Below, in pieces: positions 36,664 to 45,795 of a stretch of 64,000 bases of DNA (position 1 is the stretch's first letter; every line of letters starts with the position of its first letter). The notes below the pieces were generated by a model. It was not told the DNA's origin, searched no databases, and saw only the letters and a program-made list of their open reading frames with translations. The DNA is from an uncultured Acidimicrobiaceae bacterium (GTDB taxonomy: Bacteria > Actinomycetota > Acidimicrobiia > Acidimicrobiales > SZUA-35), in assembly GCA_964648795.1 (NCBI GenBank), contig CAZYMB010000002.1, positions 3,643 through 67,642 on the forward strand, read 5' to 3'. Both the position numbers and the translations under genes were made by a program.

Positions 36664-37038
36664 CTAGCCTTCGAGTAATTCTTCGACCGATTGTTGTAGC
36701 CGAACTGGATCCAACGGTTTCACAAACCAAGAATCAGCACCAGATTTACTTGCAATGAACTCATCCGCTTGCCTGTCTAGTAACAACAGAATCTTTATGC
36801 CAGGCAACCGATCATAACCTTGTTCCTGACGCAATGCCTTAGTTACAGCAAAGCCTCCCATATTCTCAATTTGGGAATCCAAGATTACTATCTCAGGCTC
36901 TATCTGAGCAACAGCTGAAACCACTTGTTGGCCCTTTGCAACCCTCGAAACACTCAGTTCTTCTGAAGCCACTGAGGCGTCTACGCTCTTAAAAACGTCA
37001 TCTGAATCTGTTGCTAAAAGTACCAAGGTCAAGGGCAA
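36664..37038 (-). CDS. Single-domain response-regulator receiver (CheY-like) protein
   Basis: The acidic pocket (LLATDSDD), putative phospho-acceptor (VILDSQ) and conserved Lys (WFVKPLD) are present. The usual Thr/Ser position appears substituted (LLLLDRQ). Confidence 0.65.
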   Translation of the reverse strand: MPLTLVLLATDSDDVFKSVDASVASEELSVSRVAKGQQVVSAVAQIEPEIVILDSQIENMGGFAVTKALRQEQGYDRLPGIKILLLLDRQADEFIASKSGADSWFVKPLDPVRLQQSVEELLEG

Positions 37039-37160
37039 AGAGCTTACCCCACTTACGCCTAAATAACATCGGAATCTTTTAGGAGTCCAGATTAATATTT
37101 ACCTAACCTTAGTTAATGACGCTAGCATCACAGATATCTTGCCCGGGAGGGGTATAACAA

Positions 37161-37520
37161 ATGCTAGAAGTAGAGATCCAGGATGAAGACACCTACACAG
37201 TGTGTCGACCAAAAGGCGAACTGGACGCTTACACAGTGGGCTCATTTCGAGACGCTTTGGCGGGTCTAGAAGAAGAGATAGCTCTTCTAATTGACCTATC
37301 AGATGTTCCATTTATGGACTCAGCTGGGCTGGGGGCTCTCATCGGAGGAATCCGCAAGACTCGTAGCAGCAATGGCAAAGTAGTTGTTGCTTGCAACCGG
37401 CCAGCATTGACTCGCCTGCTTCATACCACTGGATTCGACCGAATCGTATCTGTTACCGAAACTGTAGAAGAAGCTGCCGAAACTCTAGATGCTGAAGAAG
37501 AGATCACTGAAGCTCAATAG
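37161..37520 (+). CDS. STAS-domain anti-sigma-factor antagonist (SpoIIAA/RsbV-like)
   Basis: CRPKGELDAYTVGSFRDAL...DLSDVPFMDSAGLGALIG, including the conserved Ser, is present. A GGGAGGGG RBS lies upstream. Confidence 0.8.
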   Translation: MLEVEIQDEDTYTVCRPKGELDAYTVGSFRDALAGLEEEIALLIDLSDVPFMDSAGLGALIGGIRKTRSSNGKVVVACNRPALTRLLHTTGFDRIVSVTETVEEAAETLDAEEEITEAQ

Positions 37521-37583
37521 CTCTTTGGCCTCTCTTCACATCGAAGTGGCCCAATCCTGGGTAAGCGCCTAGACTGTTCGCTC

Positions 37584-38960
37584 ATGGCGATCAGAAGAAT
37601 CTTTGCAACCTTACTTATAGCTGGCTCGCTCCTTACTAGTTCTGTATTTACTAGTACACCAGCGTTTGCCCAATCCATCGACACAGATGAGCCTGATCCC
37701 CAGGACCTACCTGCCTGTATAGTCCAAGGTAGTGTTCTTCTAAGTCAGTCTTCGATCGAAGGAACCTTCCTGGTTTCTAAAGTTGCGGGCCTAATAGACC
37801 CAGTCGTACTCAGCTATCTAAATTCGGAGCTAGACAAAGCTGAAGAGGGTAATGCCGGAGCTTTTATCATATGGATGGACTCACAGGGGTCTGTTGTTGA
37901 TTCCGATGATCTCGCAGAATTTACCAACCGACTCAATGAAACTGACGTTCCGACTGGTTTATGGGTTGGAAATAGCGTTGGTAACGCAGGTAGAGGTAAC
38001 GCAAATGCACTCGGAGGCGCAGGGTCCCTAGCTGCACACGTCGACCGGTTCGCTCTCACCCCGGGGTCAACGTTTGGCCAACTTGGCGAAAGTATTGCCG
38101 ATCCAGCAGTTGAAACTACCTTTGGAACCGAGACCACCTTCTTAAGTCGCAACACTTACTCAGCAGCCGAAGCTGAAGCACTCGGACTGTCGCAAGGCCC
38201 ATTAGAAATCGTTGCAGACATAAAGCAGTTCCTTGCATCATTTGAAAACTTTGAAACCACCGACTGTCTAACCGAAGCCGGCGCAACTGTTCGACAATCA
38301 GTTACAGGTACTCAGATTTCAGGACTCTCTTTGACTTCTCAACTATTCCACACAGCATCAAGCCCAGAAATTGCACTGCTGTTCTTCGCTATGGGCTTAG
38401 GCCTCTTGGTATTTGAACTATACACAGCGGGAATCGGTGTCGCCGGCGCCCTAGGGGCCGTATCTATCCTGCTCGGCAGCTACGGGCTCTTCAACCTCCC
38501 TACTCGACCTCTTGCAGTCCTCGGCCTTGTCGTCGGTACTATTGCAATTGCTGTAGATATCCAAACCAATCTGCCCCGCATATATACAGCCGTCGGAGTG
38601 TCGCTATTTAGCTTCAGCAGCATCTTTTTATACTCTGGCCTTAGAGCAAGCTGGGTGACGATAGGTGTAGTAATAATTTCAACAATCATCTACGCATACT
38701 CGGCGATGCCCGCAATGGTGCGCTCAAGGTTCTCGACACCGACGATTGGTCGACGAGCCATGATTGGCAAAGTTGGAGTTGCTGTAGATGATATTTCTCC
38801 TGATGGAACTGTCGTAGTAGACGGAGCAAAGTGGAGTGCTATCACTAATCGAGCTACTCCAATAAATTCTGGTGACAATGTCATAGTTGCGAGTATTGAT
38901 CGTCTCACTCTTGAAGTTGAACCAACCGAAGGCGCCGCTCGCGATTATCGCAAAAGGTAA
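37584..38960 (+). CDS. NfeD-family membrane protein (ClpP-like N-domain, TM region, C-terminal OB domain)
   Basis: A signal or TM segment is followed by multiple central TM helices. The C-terminal segment GKVGVAVDDISPDGTVVVDGAKWSAI...GDNVIVASIDRLTLEVEP is typical of the NfeD OB fold. Confidence 0.7.
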   Translation: MAIRRIFATLLIAGSLLTSSVFTSTPAFAQSIDTDEPDPQDLPACIVQGSVLLSQSSIEGTFLVSKVAGLIDPVVLSYLNSELDKAEEGNAGAFIIWMDSQGSVVDSDDLAEFTNRLNETDVPTGLWVGNSVGNAGRGNANALGGAGSLAAHVDRFALTPGSTFGQLGESIADPAVETTFGTETTFLSRNTYSAAEAEALGLSQGPLEIVADIKQFLASFENFETTDCLTEAGATVRQSVTGTQISGLSLTSQLFHTASSPEIALLFFAMGLGLLVFELYTAGIGVAGALGAVSILLGSYGLFNLPTRPLAVLGLVVGTIAIAVDIQTNLPRIYTAVGVSLFSFSSIFLYSGLRASWVTIGVVIISTIIYAYSAMPAMVRSRFSTPTIGRRAMIGKVGVAVDDISPDGTVVVDGAKWSAITNRATPINSGDNVIVASIDRLTLEVEPTEGAARDYRKR

Positions 38961-39126
38961 TTTGGCGCAACTAAAAGTAGTTGATGACTAAGTGCTGTAA
39001 GCACAAATTTTTTAGTGACAATTTGGTTGTAACCAGAAAAGTTCGGTAGCTATAGTCACTGCAGGCGTGCAAAGAGGCGGCCTCAACCCGTTCAAATAAT
39101 TTTCTTAGGCGAGGAGTCTTAATTTA

Positions 39127-39399
39127 ATGGAGCTTGCACGTCCCATGGAAGTATGGCAGTCAGAGGCTGCATGCAAAGGTCCATATCACGAAGTCTTTTA
39201 TCCACCCACGAAAACTGAAAGACGACGCGACAAACGCAAACGTGAAGCCAGAGCAAAAGAAATTTGCCTGAGGTGCCCTGTGATTGATGAGTGCAGAGAA
39301 TACTCCTTTACTGTTCGCGAACAACACGGCATTTGGGGCGGACTAACCGAAAACGAACGAAACGAAATCTGGAAGCTGTCTGAAGGCATCTTGGCCTAA
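39127..39399 (+). CDS. WhiB-family (Wbl) Fe-S transcriptional regulator
   Basis: Four Cys are present (AACKG...CLRCPVIDEC), as is the GIWGG turn. The length is 90 aa. Confidence 0.9.
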   Translation: MELARPMEVWQSEAACKGPYHEVFYPPTKTERRRDKRKREARAKEICLRCPVIDECREYSFTVREQHGIWGGLTENERNEIWKLSEGILA

Positions 39400-39401
39400 G
39401 G

Positions 39402-39983
39402 CTAGTTCAGAACCCGCGAGCGAAGCTCTTCACACGTTTCGAACCAATCACATCCAACCACATGGTCATTGACTAGACCTTCGCTTTGCATAAATGCATA
39501 CGCAGTTGTTGGCCCAACAAAGCTCCAACCCTTTTTCTTTAAAGCTTTCGCCATTTCTTTCGACTGGTCCGTCGTTGCTGGGACCGAATCAATTTCAAGC
39601 TGTCTGTAGTCTGACGAAAACGGATCAGCAAAACTCCAAACCCAATCGACTAGACCATCGGTACTTTCAAGCTCGATTGCCCTTTTGGCGTTGTTGATAA
39701 CCGATTCAATCTTTCCCCGGTGTCGAATGATCCCAGCGTCGCCCAAAAGCAACGCAATTTCTTTGTCACCGTACTTCGCCACAGCTTCAAAATCGAATCC
39801 AGAAAAGACCTCTCGGAACCTCTCACGCTTTTTGAGCACGGTTATCCAACTAAGGCCGCTCTGAAAGCCCTCGAGACAGATTTTCTCGAAAACCTGAACA
39901 GCAGTTTGAGCCGGCCTCCCCCACTCATCATCGTGATAATCAGCATAAATAGCTGAATTATCGGGTACCCAGGCGCATCGCAT
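39402..39983 (-). CDS. tag: DNA-3-methyladenine glycosylase I
   Basis: RCAW...YHDDEWGRP and FQSGLSW motifs are present. The length is 193 aa. Confidence 0.9.
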   Translation of the reverse strand: MRCAWVPDNSAIYADYHDDEWGRPAQTAVQVFEKICLEGFQSGLSWITVLKKRERFREVFSGFDFEAVAKYGDKEIALLLGDAGIIRHRGKIESVINNAKRAIELESTDGLVDWVWSFADPFSSDYRQLEIDSVPATTDQSKEMAKALKKKGWSFVGPTTAYAFMQSEGLVNDHVVGCDWFETCEELRSRVLN

Positions 39984-40053
39984 GGACCCAATCTACAACA
40001 CCGGGCCCGTTTAGGGCTCAACAAGTATCGACCCGAGCCGATTTAGAAAGCTT

Positions 40054-41247
40054 ATGACTGCGTCCGGCAACGACCTAGAACAATGGCAAATAGCTGATGA
40101 AAACCCCGACGAAAGTTGGGAATCATATGCAAAGTCAACTTCACGAACCCCCAAGAAGCTACTAATTATTCTTCTCGTCACTCTTAGCCTTGGTGGAATC
40201 GTGTTCGTCGTTGGGCGTTTCCTGGCCGGAGCCTCAGCAGAAGAAACAGCTCCGACCACCACAGCCACGCAGATAACAGTCCCCGAAACCCAAGATGTCA
40301 ACACTCTTCTAAGCGATATGGCTCTACGGCTGAATGAACCTGCAACCGAACCATTCCTAGCCGTACAAATTTTTAGCTCAGACATCGGCGTACTCGGGCG
40401 AGTTGGCACCACTCAAGAACGCGACCAAATAGTCACTCTCTTGGAAGAAACATTCACAGCAGAATTAGAATCTGATGCAATAACAGTCGACCCCGAAGTC
40501 GATGCTGTGGGTTGGCTTGATCAGGCACAAAACGCTATTGACGTATTCAGTAACGAACCGATTCTCTCAAACGGCTTTGGCATCAACAACTCTCAAATCA
40601 TTCTTGATGCTGATCTCCCGCAGACATTATCGCAAACAAATCTGATCGAAGCATTTGGAACCATAGACCTTGATTTGGTCGATGACACTACTGTGTCTAG
40701 CCGCGATCAAACTGCAGAACTCAGGGTCTCTCTAATTGAAGGGGTAGTAGAGGTAAACGGGACTGTTCCTTCGCAGGGGGTTGCCGAACAGGTTGAATCC
40801 TCAGCTGTAGGAGTTTACGGCGAGGGCGTCCAAACAGACCTCGATGTATCCGAGGCAGCGTTTGCGAGTCTTCAATTTGGACAAGTCGGTTCCGAAATAA
40901 GCCTGGCCGGAGTTTTTGAAACATATGAACTCGTACTAAACGATCAAACGAAAGTCATTACTATTCCGAGCGACCAGGCTTTCAGCGTTGACAACACACA
41001 ACTGACACAGCGCTTACAAACATTTCTAGTTCTTCTTTCACAGTCTGAATTAGCCACCTCAGACATTTTGATTGAGAATCAGACAGATTCTCAAAGTGAA
41101 GCTCAGAACAATCTAATAACGTCCAACGTTGCGTCCGAACCTCTGCCACTACCGTCACTAACTATTACGAACACGGCAACTACTGGTGACCCTGAGAGCA
41201 GAATTGCCAACAACAGAGTAGTCATCACTATTTCGAACGCTTCCTAG
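40054..41247 (+). CDS. Membrane-anchored protein with BON-like and degenerate OmpA-C-like regions (ArfA-like architecture)
   Basis: The protein has a single N-terminal TM segment and a BON-like stretch (VSLIEGVVEVNGTVPSQGVAEQVESSAVGVYGEGVQTDLDV). The C-terminus FSVDNTQLTQRLQ...ENQTDSQSEAQNNL...NNRVVITI resembles an OmpA-like domain with altered key residues. Confidence 0.35.
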   Translation: MTASGNDLEQWQIADENPDESWESYAKSTSRTPKKLLIILLVTLSLGGIVFVVGRFLAGASAEETAPTTTATQITVPETQDVNTLLSDMALRLNEPATEPFLAVQIFSSDIGVLGRVGTTQERDQIVTLLEETFTAELESDAITVDPEVDAVGWLDQAQNAIDVFSNEPILSNGFGINNSQIILDADLPQTLSQTNLIEAFGTIDLDLVDDTTVSSRDQTAELRVSLIEGVVEVNGTVPSQGVAEQVESSAVGVYGEGVQTDLDVSEAAFASLQFGQVGSEISLAGVFETYELVLNDQTKVITIPSDQAFSVDNTQLTQRLQTFLVLLSQSELATSDILIENQTDSQSEAQNNLITSNVASEPLPLPSLTITNTATTGDPESRIANNRVVITISNAS

Positions 41248-41297
41248 TCCACCCACCAATAGCTACAGGACCCTCACCCCAGCGGTAGAATGACCAA

Positions 41298-41729
41298 ATG
41301 CTAAAAAGAGGATTCTGGTTTGTTGCATCATTTCTCCTGCTGGAGATACTGATATTTGCCATTTCAGTAAGATTTGTTGGCTTTCTGCCAACAATTGCCA
41401 TCATCTTGGGCACCACTATCGGAGCCGCATTAGCCAAAGAATTCATCGCAGACCGCATTAAATCAGAGTTTAGCCTGAGGCTAGTTATCACCTTATTGCT
41501 CGTTCCACTACCTATTTCTACAATCGTTGGAGTCCTCGGATTGGTTCCACCGATTCGTCGATATGCTGAACAACAGGTAATTAAAACTCCACTAGGGTCC
41601 AGAATCTCTCGTATAGCAACGGCGCTCCGAGATATGACACAACCCGGTCACCGCTCTGACGTAATCGATGTAGATGCCGTTGAAGATGATGAAGGAGTCC
41701 AAGACCCCAAACTTCTACCAGGAGACTAA
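41298..41729 (+). CDS. fxsA: FxsA-family cytoplasmic membrane protein
   Basis: The N-terminus FLLLEILIFAISVRFVGFLPTIAIILGTTIGAALAK is typical of FxsA, and the tail is charged. Confidence 0.7.
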   Translation: MLKRGFWFVASFLLLEILIFAISVRFVGFLPTIAIILGTTIGAALAKEFIADRIKSEFSLRLVITLLLVPLPISTIVGVLGLVPPIRRYAEQQVIKTPLGSRISRIATALRDMTQPGHRSDVIDVDAVEDDEGVQDPKLLPGD

Positions 41730-41731
41730 TA

Positions 41732-42319
41732 GTGGCTTTAAGCGAGACAGATTCAATACCAGTTCCACCCGTAACACCGGGAGTGGCTCGAGCTCTTAGC
41801 CCGCTTGTTCGTAGAATTACAGCACCTGCAGCCGAAGGTTCAGACGCTGAATTTGGCGTTAACTCCTACCTTGTGGGAATCGATGAAATCGTAATCGTCG
41901 ATCCAGGCCCAATGGATCCAACCCACCTAGACATTCTCTTAGGCTGTGGCGGCGAACACATCAAATGGATCGTACTAACAAGCTCTGATCCAGAATTTTC
42001 TGAGTCAGCTTTGCATCTAAAGAAAAAGACCGGAGCAAAGCTTATTGCTCTGTCTGATGTAGAAGGTGTTGACGAAGTACTCGGCGATGGTGTGAAGATT
42101 GATGCTACCGAGTTCCGCTTAATTGCAATGAAGATCGGCCGCAGCGGCAAGAAGTTCGCATATGTTCTAGAGCAAGAGCGAGCAATGTTTACTGGCGATC
42201 ACATCACAGACACAGTTCCAAAAGAACTAGTCAAGAAGATTAAGCCATTCCGAATCCGCGCAATCGCTCCCGGCCATGGACAGTACATCGAAGATGCACG
42301 TCCAATGATGGCTGACTAG
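41732..42319 (+). CDS. MBL-fold protein with a degenerate metal-binding motif
   Basis: NSYLVG...VIVDPGP, TGDH and APGHG resemble the MBL fold. The HxHxDH position instead reads LTSSDPEF. The start is GTG. Confidence 0.55.
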   Translation: MALSETDSIPVPPVTPGVARALSPLVRRITAPAAEGSDAEFGVNSYLVGIDEIVIVDPGPMDPTHLDILLGCGGEHIKWIVLTSSDPEFSESALHLKKKTGAKLIALSDVEGVDEVLGDGVKIDATEFRLIAMKIGRSGKKFAYVLEQERAMFTGDHITDTVPKELVKKIKPFRIRAIAPGHGQYIEDARPMMAD

Positions 42320-42657
42320 CAGAAGCTCTTACCGCAACCACAGCTACTCTGAGCGTTTGGGTTGTCGATTTTAAAGCCGGCGTCAGTTAGACCGTCCTTG
42401 TAGTCCAGCGTTGCACCGGTGAGCAGGTCAGCACTAGCAGAATCAAGTATTACTTTTACCCCGCCAATTTCTGTTGTCTGGTCATCCTCTACTGAGTCGG
42501 CGTCGAAGAACATCTCGTAAGAATACCCTGAGCAACCTCCGGGTCTAACGGCTACTCGCAACGCCATTTCGTTGTTCTCTTCTTCGGCTAGAAGCTCTTT
42601 TACCTTTGATGCCGCTGAGTCTGTTACGGTAATCATTCGCCGCTCCTTTATTAGCAA
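42316..42657 (-). CDS. Iron-sulfur cluster insertion/assembly protein (HesB/IscA/ErpA family)
   Basis: RVAVRPGGCSGYSY and the C-terminal CGCGKSF motif are present. Confidence 0.9.
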   Translation of the reverse strand: MLIKERRMITVTDSAASKVKELLAEEENNEMALRVAVRPGGCSGYSYEMFFDADSVEDDQTTEIGGVKVILDSASADLLTGATLDYKDGLTDAGFKIDNPNAQSSCGCGKSFC

Positions 42658-42748
42658 TGAGTAAACCTTTAAGTCGCTAGACTTAGTGTGACCATCTTAC
42701 CAAAGGTTAGTGAGATGGGAAATATTCCAAGTTAGCTATTCCTTGATG

Positions 42749-43903
42749 AACACTACAAAGATAGAGAACCAGCTTAAAGACCAGCTACGAAGCGTTATTG
42801 ACCCTGAGCTGGGCTCAAACATTGTGGATTTAGAAATGGTCAAGGGCATTTCTGTTACTGACGGGTCTGTGGAAGTCTCCGTTGACCTAACAACGCTTGG
42901 GTGCCCACTGCGTAACGAAATTGAGACCGGCATTAAATCTGCATGTGAAACTCTCGCCGATGGCCGTGAAGTCAAAATCACTTGGTCCGAGATGGAACCA
43001 AACCAAAAAGACAAGACCATGCGTGAGGCTCGCAGACGGATGGCTGAAGCTAACTCGTCTCGAGTGGCTAGCACTACGCGAATTTTAGCCATAGCTTCTG
43101 GCAAGGGTGGTGTAGGCAAGTCTTCGGTTTCAGCCAACTTAGCTGTTGCACTCGCAAGCTCTGGGCAGAAGGTAGGTTTCATTGACGCAGATATTTGGGG
43201 TTACTCGATTCCGCCCATGCTTGGGATCACTCAAAGACTCGAAGCAGGACGCACGCCAGCGGATAGCGATAAACCTTTGCTTGTTCCAAGCAGGAAATCT
43301 GTAGGAGATGGTTTCATTGATCTTGTCTCCATGGGGCTTCTAACAGATGACGAATCAAACGCCCTGATGTGGCGAGGGCTCATGCTCAACCGAGCGGTAC
43401 AACATTTTTGCGAAGACGTAGATTGGGACCCTGAATTAGACACTCTTGTTATTGATCTGCCGCCAGGGACTGGGGACGTAGCTATGGGCATTGCTCAGCA
43501 ACTCCCTCGAGCTGAGGTCCTTGTTGTGACTACCCCCTCAAAGGCAGCTCAAAGGGTGGCCGTTAGGGCAGTGTCGCTCGCTCGTAAGAGCAACCTTAGG
43601 GTTCTAGGGGTCATAGAAAACATGTCATACCTTCCAACTCCAGATGGAGAGCGACTAGAGGTCTTCTCTTCTGGCGGTGGTCAAGCACTAGCTGAACAGT
43701 GCAACATTGCCTTAATAAGCTCTATCCCTATTAACCCAAACATCGCTGACGGTGAAGACTTCGATAACCAAAATGTTTTGAGCGAAGATTTAACCCAAGC
43801 GGCTTTCGAAGAGATAACAGATTTCCTCGAACGCACAAAGGCACCAGAACTAAAGGGCTGCTCTACAAGATTGGTCGAGCAAATTGAAAAAATGTTTGAC
43901 TAG
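42749..43903 (+). CDS. Mrp/ApbC/NBP35-family Fe-S cluster carrier ATPase with N-terminal DUF59 domain
   Basis: DPELGSNIVDLEMVK (DUF59) and the deviant Walker A ASGKGGVGKSS are present. I set the start at MNTTKIEN. Confidence 0.85.
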   Translation, partial: NTTKIENQLKDQLRSVIDPELGSNIVDLEMVKGISVTDGSVEVSVDLTTLGCPLRNEIETGIKSACETLADGREVKITWSEMEPNQKDKTMREARRRMAEANSSRVASTTRILAIASGKGGVGKSSVSANLAVALASSGQKVGFIDADIWGYSIPPMLGITQRLEAGRTPADSDKPLLVPSRKSVGDGFIDLVSMGLLTDDESNALMWRGLMLNRAVQHFCEDVDWDPELDTLVIDLPPGTGDVAMGIAQQLPRAEVLVVTTPSKAAQRVAVRAVSLARKSNLRVLGVIENMSYLPTPDGERLEVFSSGGGQALAEQCNIALISSIPINPNIADGEDFDNQNVLSEDLTQAAFEEITDFLERTKAPELKGCSTRLVEQIEKMFD

Positions 43904-43916
43904 CTAGGGCCCTTAA

Positions 43917-44639
43917 CTAGGAACCACTCTTTGTAAGAGTGTATTGACCACCCATGACCTGCGTCGCTGGAACCTTCAGTACCCCAGCCCCATCCGAAAT
44001 AGACAAGTGAGTGGGGCCAACCTCAACCACCTCGCCGCTTATCCCATCAATCGATATGCGGTCACCGGCCTCAATAACACGGCGCAACGAGCGAGCGCTT
44101 GAAATTTGCTTAGCAACGGGATGGCCGCCCAACCCAATCAACAACACGATGCTTGCAGCAATTGCAAACAACACCGCAGCCAAAACCATATTTACTACTT
44201 CGGTATCAATCCCAACCTGGCTGACAGCAAGAAGAGCGGCGAAGGTAACGATCACGATCTTAACCACAAGGTTGATCTTGCTTTGCACATCGACGGGCAT
44301 TCGAGCCGTAGCAGGTGATAAGGCTGTGGCCGCAAAAGTAGAAAGCACATTTGCGCCGATCAGGATAATTCCTGCAACCAGTGCTCTTGGGATGAAGTCA
44401 ACAAAGTCAGTAGCAAGCTTGTCGACAGTCTCTGGCCTAAATACAGAAAGAACCACAACTAGCGAAATGACTATCGCCAACCAGAAGAAGAGACTAGATA
44501 TTGGTTTAGCAGAATTTCTGAGTGCTTCTGGACGATGTGGCGCCCCAACAACGGACGAAACAACCTTGCTCAAGATGGTCCCAATTATTGGGCCTAACAC
44601 AATGGCTGCGCCTATTATTATCCAGTCAGCTAACGTCAT
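43917..44639 (-). CDS. Membrane protein with conserved-TM-helix repeats and a small C-terminal beta domain (MscS-like?)
   Basis: The protein has about 5 TM segments. The C-terminal GDRISIDGISGEVVEVGPTHLSI resembles an MscS beta-domain strand. It is the last gene of the sigma/anti-sigma operon, with a 4-nt overlap. Confidence 0.4.
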   Translation of the reverse strand: MTLADWIIIGAAIVLGPIIGTILSKVVSSVVGAPHRPEALRNSAKPISSLFFWLAIVISLVVVLSVFRPETVDKLATDFVDFIPRALVAGIILIGANVLSTFAATALSPATARMPVDVQSKINLVVKIVIVTFAALLAVSQVGIDTEVVNMVLAAVLFAIAASIVLLIGLGGHPVAKQISSARSLRRVIEAGDRISIDGISGEVVEVGPTHLSISDGAGVLKVPATQVMGGQYTLTKSGS

Positions 44640-44950
44640 AAATCCTCCGATACTAGAATTTTTGAGGTCTCAACTCCAGAAACAAACAGTCCGGAAACAA
44701 GTTCTAGCACTTCCCTCGACTCGAGTTTAGACGCAACTGCTTCTTCTAACCGTAATGTCATATCTTCTGGTGGCTCAAGCACCTTGGCCAGAACTTCTCC
44801 AAGTTGAGAGGTTTCGGCATCTGCAGAGATCTGTTCGATTGTGGTAGCGCAGCGCTCGCAGCTCGCTATGTGATCGTCGACCTTGGGATTAGCTACCCCA
44901 TCGAGCCAAGCAGCAAGCTTCGACTTAGATGGATGGAAGAACTTACTCAT
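44636..44950 (-). CDS. Soluble zinc-binding anti-sigma factor (ZAS, HxxxCxxC)
   Basis: In FFHPSKSKLAAWLDG...DDHIASCERC, the H6, H27, C31 and C34 spacing resembles ChrR/RsrA-type ZAS domains. There is no convincing TM segment. The ATG overlaps the sigma stop (ATGA). Confidence 0.7.
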   Translation of the reverse strand: MSKFFHPSKSKLAAWLDGVANPKVDDHIASCERCATTIEQISADAETSQLGEVLAKVLEPPEDMTLRLEEAVASKLESREVLELVSGLFVSGVETSKILVSEDL

Positions 44951-45645
44951 GACTGCCAACCCTTCAAAGCAACACCTAGACGCCGTCTTGAACGTAGAAG
45001 TCGCGTTTTTACTGTCGGTAATGGAACCTTTAGCAACTGGGAGATCTCCTCATAGGACAAACCTTCAACCTCTCTGAGTACCAGAATTGACCGAGACAGT
45101 TCATCTAAATGATCTAAAGCCTCGACGAACTCGCCGTAGGCTTCAGAATCTTCAACTTTCTTTTCGACTAAGTCACTACGAGTAGGGTTACTGTCTACAA
45201 GGTCTATTGGGTCTACAACGATAGCTTTGCGAGCCCTAATGGCTGAGATAGCAGTGTTATGAGCTATACGCAATACCCATCCTTTAAGTGAGCCATCGCC
45301 CCGGAAACTAGGAAGCGCCAACCAGGCTTTAACTAAAGTGTCTTGTGTAATGTCTTCCGCCAGAGCTCTATCAGAAACTATCGAGTAGGCCAAGCGAAAA
45401 ATCGAATCTGAGTGCTCTGTAACAAGCTTGTTTAGAGCCTCTGGGTCCACGTCGCTGCTATTCTCGCCAGATGCCTCTACTCTACCTTCGGTAGGTTCAC
45501 CCTTATGTAAACTCTGATCAGTTGAAGCCTCTAAGACTTCAACCTCTGAATCACTGTTGTTTGATGAAGCGGCGGAAGTCTCAGCAACATTAGAATCAGA
45601 ACTCTTTGAAGGTAATATAGATTCTTGAATTGAGGCTTCACCCAC
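44947..45645 (-). CDS. ECF-type sigma-70 family RNA polymerase sigma factor
   Basis: Region 2 (IFRLAYSIVSDRALAEDITQDTLVKAW) and region 4 (LVLREVEGLSYEEISQLLKVPLPTVKTRLLRSRRRL) are present. The Ser/Glu-rich 65-aa N-terminal extension may not be translated, because GTG 45450 is an alternative start. Confidence 0.85.
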   Translation of the reverse strand: MGEASIQESILPSKSSDSNVAETSAASSNNSDSEVEVLEASTDQSLHKGEPTEGRVEASGENSSDVDPEALNKLVTEHSDSIFRLAYSIVSDRALAEDITQDTLVKAWLALPSFRGDGSLKGWVLRIAHNTAISAIRARKAIVVDPIDLVDSNPTRSDLVEKKVEDSEAYGEFVEALDHLDELSRSILVLREVEGLSYEEISQLLKVPLPTVKTRLLRSRRRLGVALKGWQS

Positions 45646-45795
45646 CGGGTACCTACCAAATACTTGCTAATAATTCCAATTGCCATACAGGCTATCGGGA
45701 TATTGAGTCAAGGCAATTATTGATAATGAGATGTTTCTCGCGACGAAACTGCACTAACCTCGTCCCTAATTAAGCAAGCTAACAAAGGAAGTACA

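Noticed and set aside
38985-39015. A short hairpin (GTGCT-gta-AGCAC) followed by AAATTTTTT after nfeD.
   Set aside because: The stem is only 5 bp with a 3-nt loop, which is marginal for an intrinsic terminator, so I did not report it as a feature.
40011-40412. A 133-aa minus-strand ORF overlapping the start of the 397-aa plus-strand gene.
   Set aside because: It has no motif, is basic with low complexity, and overlaps a better-supported gene that has a TM anchor and domain-like regions.
44011-44730. A 239-aa plus-strand ORF.
   Set aside because: It is antisense to the TM-helix-repeat membrane protein and the anti-sigma gene. The minus-strand genes have operon-style overlaps and recognisable motifs, and this ORF has none.
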